A stretch of DNA of 64,000 bases from an uncultured Gammaproteobacteria bacterium (GTDB lineage Bacteria; Pseudomonadota; Gammaproteobacteria; SZUA-229), in the NCBI GenBank assembly GCA_963924875.1, contig CAWUSX010000036.1, positions 31,129 through 95,128 on the forward strand. The letters are read 5' to 3'. Numbering within the stretch: position 1 is the first letter of the stretch; each line of letters begins with the position of its first letter. Below are positions 59,129 to 64,000 of the stretch, in pieces. A program made the position numbers and the translations under genes. Under the pieces are notes generated by a model. That model saw only the letters and a list, made by a program, of their open reading frames with translations, did no database searches and was not told where the DNA came from.

Positions 59129-60949
59129 ATGAAATTACGTAACATCGCAATTATTGCGCACGTCGATCACGGCAAAACGACATTAGTTGACGAGCTATTA
59201 AAACAGTCAGGCACAGTCGATAACACTCGCGGAGATATGGATACCTGCGTGATGGATTCTAATGATCAGGAGAAAGAGCGTGGTATTACCATTCTTTCTA
59301 AAAACACCGCGATCACATATAAAGACTTCCGTATCAATATCATAGATACCCCGGGTCACGCCGACTTTGGTGGTGAGGTAGAGCGTGTACTCTCTATGGT
59401 TGACTCAGTTCTATTACTGGTTGATGCACAGGAAGGCCCAATGCCGCAAACGCGTTTTGTAACGCAAAAAGCCTTCAACATGGGCTTGAAGCCGATTGTT
59501 GTTATCAACAAAATTGATAAGCCAGCGGCTCGTCCACATTGGGCATTAGATCAAACATTCGAGCTATTTGATCAATTAGGCGCAACAGACGAACAATTAG
59601 ACTTCCCGGTTATTTATGCGTCAGGCATTGGCGGTTATGCAGGCCTGGAAGACACAATTCGTGAAGGCGATATGATTCCTTTACTGGACGCGGTTCTAGA
59701 GTTTGTACCAGCACCAGACGTTGATGTAGATGCGCCTTTCCAAATGCAGGTGAGTTCACTAGATTACAACTCATATGTAGGTGTAATTGGTATAGGTCGT
59801 ATCAAGCAAGGTAAAATTAAGCGTGGACAGCAACTGTCTTTGATTGATCACGAAGGAAAAATTCGTAATAGCGTTAGAATGCAGCAAATTCTTGGCTTCC
59901 ACGGTTTAGAGCGTGTAGAGGTTGAAACCGCTCAGGCCGGTGACATTATTTGTTTCAGTGGTATCGATAAGCTAGGTATTTCAGACACCCTGTGTGACCC
60001 TGAAAACGTAGAAGCTATGCCGCCATTGTCGGTAGATGAGCCAACCTTGAGCATGATGTTCCAGGTAAATAACGGCCCATTATCTGGTCAAGATGGTAAG
60101 TATGTTACGTCGCGTAATATTTCAGACCGTTTAGATCAGGAACTTATTCATAACGTAGCCTTACGCGTTGAGCCAGGTGAAACCGGTGATAAATTCCGCG
60201 TATCTGGTCGTGGTGAGTTGCACCTGTCGGTATTGATTGAATCAATGCGTCGTGAAGGTTTTGAGCTTTGTGTCGGTCGCCCAGAAGTTGTCATTAAAGA
60301 AATTGACGGCAAAATGTGTGAGCCGTATGAGAGCTTAACAGTAGATATACCTGACGATTCTCAGGGTGCTGTAATGGAAAAACTGGGTATCCGTAAAGGC
60401 GAGCTGAAAGATATGGTGCCAGACGGACGCGGCCGTGTTCGCCTGGATTACATTATTCCTACACGTGGCCTAATTGGTTTCCGTACTGAGTTCCTAACGG
60501 CTACAGCCGGTAATGGATTGTTGTACAGTAACTTTGATAGCTACGGCCCTAAGCTGGATGTGGTAATTGGTCAGCGCAGTAAAGGTGTAATGATTGCAAA
60601 CGGTCCGGGTAAGGCTGTGAGTTTCTCGATCTTTAACTTGCAGGAACGTGGAAAAATGTTTGTTTCACACGGTGAAGAAGTATACGAAGGCATGATTGTT
60701 GGTATACATGCGCGTGAGAACGATCTGGTAGTTAACTGCATTAAAGGTAAGCAGCTAACTAACGTACGTGCATCAGGTACTGATGAGGCATTAACGCTGG
60801 TTAAGCCGATCACATTAACGCTAGAGCAGGCGCTGGAATTCATCGATGATGATGAGTTGGTAGAAGTAACGCCTAACTTTATTCGTTGCCGTAAAAAATA
60901 TCTAACAGAAAACGAGCGTAAGCGTTTATCTCGTGGGCCTAAAAGCTAG
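59129..60949 (+). CDS. typA: Translational GTPase TypA/BipA
   Basis: The tracked ORF starts at a TTG at 59105. The conserved start [21 protein letters not shown] is at 59129. G1-G4 GTPase motifs are present and the length is about 606 aa. Confidence 0.93.
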   Translation: MKLRNIAIIAHVDHGKTTLVDELLKQSGTVDNTRGDMDTCVMDSNDQEKERGITILSKNTAITYKDFRINIIDTPGHADFGGEVERVLSMVDSVLLLVDAQEGPMPQTRFVTQKAFNMGLKPIVVINKIDKPAARPHWALDQTFELFDQLGATDEQLDFPVIYASGIGGYAGLEDTIREGDMIPLLDAVLEFVPAPDVDVDAPFQMQVSSLDYNSYVGVIGIGRIKQGKIKRGQQLSLIDHEGKIRNSVRMQQILGFHGLERVEVETAQAGDIICFSGIDKLGISDTLCDPENVEAMPPLSVDEPTLSMMFQVNNGPLSGQDGKYVTSRNISDRLDQELIHNVALRVEPGETGDKFRVSGRGELHLSVLIESMRREGFELCVGRPEVVIKEIDGKMCEPYESLTVDIPDDSQGAVMEKLGIRKGELKDMVPDGRGRVRLDYIIPTRGLIGFRTEFLTATAGNGLLYSNFDSYGPKLDVVIGQRSKGVMIANGPGKAVSFSIFNLQERGKMFVSHGEEVYEGMIVGIHARENDLVVNCIKGKQLTNVRASGTDEALTLVKPITLTLEQALEFIDDDELVEVTPNFIRCRKKYLTENERKRLSRGPKS

Positions 60950-60976
60950 TTAAATTTTTTTACAGCTCTGTAAATT

Positions 60977-61013
60977 ACGCCATCTCTGGTATATAGAGGT
61001 GGCGTTTTTGTTT
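60977..61013 (+). terminator. Rho-independent terminator after typA
   Basis: ACGCCATCTCT-GGTATAT-AGAGGTGGCGT forms an 11-bp stem with one G-U pair, followed by TTTTGTTT. Confidence 0.75.
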
Positions 61014-61107
61014 CTGGCCTAGTTGAATATAGAGCGCTAACGGTTTGTTTTTAATAGTCTAAACTCGTATAAAACAGAATTATTAGTACTCGTGGAAAAA
61101 CAGTCGT

Positions 61108-62277
61108 TTGAATAGTAAACAGGTGCAGGTATCAGTGTCAGAAAATAAAAGTGAAAACCAGATATTAATAGTCGATGACTCACGGGTGATCCGTCGTGCT
61201 GCGGTAAAAATTCTACAAAATGATTATGATATCGTTGAAGCAGAAGATGGTGCAGATGCCTGGCGCGTGCTACAGAAAAACAGCAAAATATCCGCCGTGT
61301 TCAGTGACCTGGGCATGCCTAATATGGATGGCTTTCAGTTACTGGAAACTATTCGTAATGCAGATGACGAAGCATTGGCAAAAATGCCGGTTATTATTAT
61401 TACCGGTGCTGAAGAGTCCGATGGCACTAAAGAGAAAGTGCTGGCCCTGGGCGCTACAGATTTCATTACCAAACCATTTGATGCGGTGTCACTAAAGTCT
61501 CGTGCATCCGCACATATTAACTATAGAAATGAAGTCCAGTCATTAGAAAAACGTGTGTCGCTAGATAAGCTAACAGGCCTTTGCGTAGAATCATCATTTA
61601 GGCAGCAAACTGATCAGGTAGTCGCTTACGCTAAGCGTCACTGTGCAGAGTTGAGCATCGTATATTTCGAAATTGAGCGTTTCTCGGAAATACTTGCAAA
61701 GCATGGAAAGGCGATTGCGGGGCAAATACTTGCTAAAGTAGCTTCTTTAATTAATGAAGGCAAAAGAACAGAGGATATTGCTGCAAGATTAGGCGTGGCA
61801 AAGTTTGCACTATTGTTGCCTGCGTCCGATTTGCAGGGTGCTGAAGTAGTCGTTAGTCGTATTTGCAAGCGTGTTTCTCGCTTAAAGTTAAAGCTGGGCA
61901 GTGAAGAATTTAAGATTCAATTTTCCTCAGGCATTACCTCAACAACACTGGATAATGAAATTCAAACAAAGGATTTATTAAAGCAGGCTGAAAGTGCATT
62001 AAAAATGGCAATAGGTGAGGGTGGCGGGAAAATTATTTGCTATCAAACAGGAAAAGAGATAGGTCAAAGTATTGAGGGAAAAAATTCATATAATGAAGAA
62101 GACATTAATCTTGATGAATTACTTAAATGGATGACCAATCAGTGTTCTGACATTAATAATGAGCAACTGGCGACAGCAATGCGCAAAATACTGCCATTGA
62201 TGGCTGCGGCAGACAGTCGTTTAAAGCTTGGCTTGAGTAAAGTTTTACTGCATCTTAAAAAACGCTTATATGATTAA
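61108..62277 (+). CDS. Response regulator with a degenerate GGDEF domain (REC-GGDEF*, I-site retained) and a C-terminal extension
   Basis: 389-aa ORF from a TTG start; a GTG alternative lies near 61135. The REC domain has the phospho-acceptor in FSDLGMPNMDG and the conserved TKPF. The GGDEF-fold region reads RTEDIAARLGVAKFALLL, so GG(D/E)EF is replaced by GVAKF while RxxD sits 5 residues upstream. Confidence 0.8.
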   Translation: MNSKQVQVSVSENKSENQILIVDDSRVIRRAAVKILQNDYDIVEAEDGADAWRVLQKNSKISAVFSDLGMPNMDGFQLLETIRNADDEALAKMPVIIITGAEESDGTKEKVLALGATDFITKPFDAVSLKSRASAHINYRNEVQSLEKRVSLDKLTGLCVESSFRQQTDQVVAYAKRHCAELSIVYFEIERFSEILAKHGKAIAGQILAKVASLINEGKRTEDIAARLGVAKFALLLPASDLQGAEVVVSRICKRVSRLKLKLGSEEFKIQFSSGITSTTLDNEIQTKDLLKQAESALKMAIGEGGGKIICYQTGKEIGQSIEGKNSYNEEDINLDELLKWMTNQCSDINNEQLATAMRKILPLMAAADSRLKLGLSKVLLHLKKRLYD

Positions 62278-62403
62278 ATTATTTCATAAAAGTGAATACT
62301 CTTAATAGTTTGTCTATTAGACAAAAACAAACCGATTTTTAAGGAGAACCTGGCGCTCTTTAGGTACAATACTCCTTTGTTATATACCAAGGTTTGTTGA
62401 TTC

Positions 62404-64000
62404 ATGTTGTCTATCTCTCAGCGTATTGCCGAAGAATTATCCGTACAAGAAAAACAGGTTATTGCCGCCATTGGATTGCTTGATGAAGGCTCAACCGTAC
62501 CCTTTATTTCTCGTTATCGAAAAGAAGTCACCGGTGGTCTGGATGACTCTGAATTGCGTCAGTTAGAAGATCGCTTGCGTTATTTACGCGAGTTAGATGA
62601 TCGTAGAGATACGATTTTAAAAAGCATTGATGAACAAGAAAAGCTAACTCCAGAATTAAAAGCCTCTATTCTACAGGCAGATACTAAAAACCGTCTCGAA
62701 GACTTATATCTCCCCTATAAAGTGAAGCGTCGTACCAAGGCGCAAATCGCACGTGAATCAGGCCTGGAGCCATTGGCCATTGCGCTGTTTGAAAATCCTG
62801 ATTTGCTGCCAGAAAAAGAAGCCGAACAATATATAGATAATGATAAAAATGTTGCTGATATAAAAGCTGCATTAGATGGCGCACGACAAATACTAATGGA
62901 GCGTTTTGCGGAAGAGGCGGATTTGCTACAGAACCTGCGTGAATATTTGTGGAAAAATGGGATTATAGAATCATCTGTGATGCAAGGAAAAGAAGTCGAG
63001 GGAGAAAAATTCGCTGACTATTTTGAATATCAGGAAGCGGTAATTAAAATTCCATCGCATCGCGCACTTGCATTATTCCGTGGGCGAAATGAATCTATCT
63101 TGCAGATGAATTTAAAAGTACCCAATGAAGACGAGTTAGAAACACACCCATGTGAAGCAATGATATCAAGTTTTTATGACTTAAAATATCAAGATAGAGC
63201 GGCCGATAAATGGTTGAAAGATACAGTGCGTTGGGCATGGAAAATCAAAATTTTTAGCCACCTTGATGTTGAACTAAAAATGAAACTGAAAGAAGCGGCA
63301 GAAGAAGAGGCGATAAATGTTTTTGCATCTAACCTAAATGATTTGTTATTGGCGGCACCTGCTGGCCCCAAAACAACCATTGGTTTGGATCCGGGTTTGC
63401 GTACAGGCGTTAAAGTGGCGGTGGTAAATGAAACAGGAAAATTAGTAGATTTCGCAACTATATATCCCCATGTGCCAAAAAGACAATGGGATCAATCAAT
63501 TTCCATTATTGCAGCGCTGGCTAAAAAACATAATGCCAGTTTAATAAGTATTGGTAATGGTACGGCTTCACGTGAAACGGATAAGCTTGCGAAAGAAGTA
63601 ATTAGCAAGTATCCAGAATTAAACTTAACCTCATTAGTTGTTTCTGAAGCAGGCGCATCTGTTTACTCTGCCTCTGAGTTGGCCTCAAAAGAATTTCCCG
63701 ATTTAGATGTAACCATTCGTGGCGCAGTATCGATTGCTCGACGCTTACAGGACCCGTTGGCCGAATTAGTGAAAATTGAACCGAAAGCAATTGGTGTCGG
63801 ACAGTATCAACATGATGTAAGTCAAACTAAATTGGCACGTCAATTAGATACCGTTGTAGAAGACTGTGTAAACGCTGTTGGTGTAGATGTAAATATGGCA
63901 TCGGTTCCATTACTTACACAAGTGTCCGGTTTGTCACAAGCCATGGCAGAAAACATCGTACAGTATCGCGATGAACACGGTGCTTATGAAAATCGCAAAC
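62404..64000 (+). CDS. tex: Tex/YhgF transcription accessory protein (S1 RNA-binding domain protein), 3' end beyond the window
   Basis: My own translation from the ATG at 62404 reads [48 protein letters not shown]...[13 protein letters not shown]. This is the conserved Tex N-terminus. The frame stays open to the end of the window. Confidence 0.88.
   Translation, partial: MLSISQRIAEELSVQEKQVIAAIGLLDEGSTVPFISRYRKEVTGGLDDSELRQLEDRLRYLRELDDRRDTILKSIDEQEKLTPELKASILQADTKNRLEDLYLPYKVKRRTKAQIARESGLEPLAIALFENPDLLPEKEAEQYIDNDKNVADIKAALDGARQILMERFAEEADLLQNLREYLWKNGIIESSVMQGKEVEGEKFADYFEYQEAVIKIPSHRALALFRGRNESILQMNLKVPNEDELETHPCEAMISSFYDLKYQDRAADKWLKDTVRWAWKIKIFSHLDVELKMKLKEAAEEEAINVFASNLNDLLLAAPAGPKTTIGLDPGLRTGVKVAVVNETGKLVDFATIYPHVPKRQWDQSISIIAALAKKHNASLISIGNGTASRETDKLAKEVISKYPELNLTSLVVSEAGASVYSASELASKEFPDLDVTIRGAVSIARRLQDPLAELVKIEPKAIGVGQYQHDVSQTKLARQLDTVVEDCVNAVGVDVNMASVPLLTQVSGLSQAMAENIVQYRDEHGAYENRK

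Overview
Moderately AT-rich chromosomal segment, most likely from a gammaproteobacterium. That call rests on gene content and on the hisBHAF-hisIE-tatABC synteny, and I cannot name a genus.

Most of the window is housekeeping. In order:
- ttcA (5' end only), pip, dtd
- the histidine operon hisB-H-A-F-I-E, then tatABC and gpmI
- oxyR/ahpCF
- monomeric isocitrate dehydrogenase, comM/yifB, ubiK
- a sigma54-type porin-glnK-amtB operon
- typA, and tex running off the 3' edge

Between these lie several accessory or signalling modules:
- TonB-dependent receptor / YfiR-like protein / hybrid histidine kinase
- a large membrane-anchored PAS hybrid kinase
- arsR-arsM followed by an RND pump and an outer-membrane factor with no adaptor gene, convergent with an adaptor-RND pair that has no outer-membrane factor
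- an IclR-linked cassette with a frameshifted transketolase/phosphoketolase-like ThDP enzyme and a DUF1537 acid-sugar kinase
- a cytochrome b / SHP-like (DUF1924) / diheme cytochrome c / PepSY / two-component operon
- a Fic gene next to an IS4-family element that has cut off all but the biotinyl tail of a urea carboxylase gene, leaving allophanate hydrolase orphaned
- a DUF1631 gene with a tandem C-terminal-only paralog, an HDOD protein, a truncated hemoglobin, and a REC protein with a degenerate GGDEF domain

The strongest non-coding signal is in the ttcA-pip gap. There is a roughly 200-nt minus-strand candidate RNA with 13 GGA motifs. It ends in a terminator hairpin whose loop also carries GGA, and a GacA/UvrY-box-like palindrome lies upstream. 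I read it as an unannotated Csr/Rsm-family CsrA-sequestering sRNA.

I saw no rRNA, tRNA, CRISPR array or prophage.
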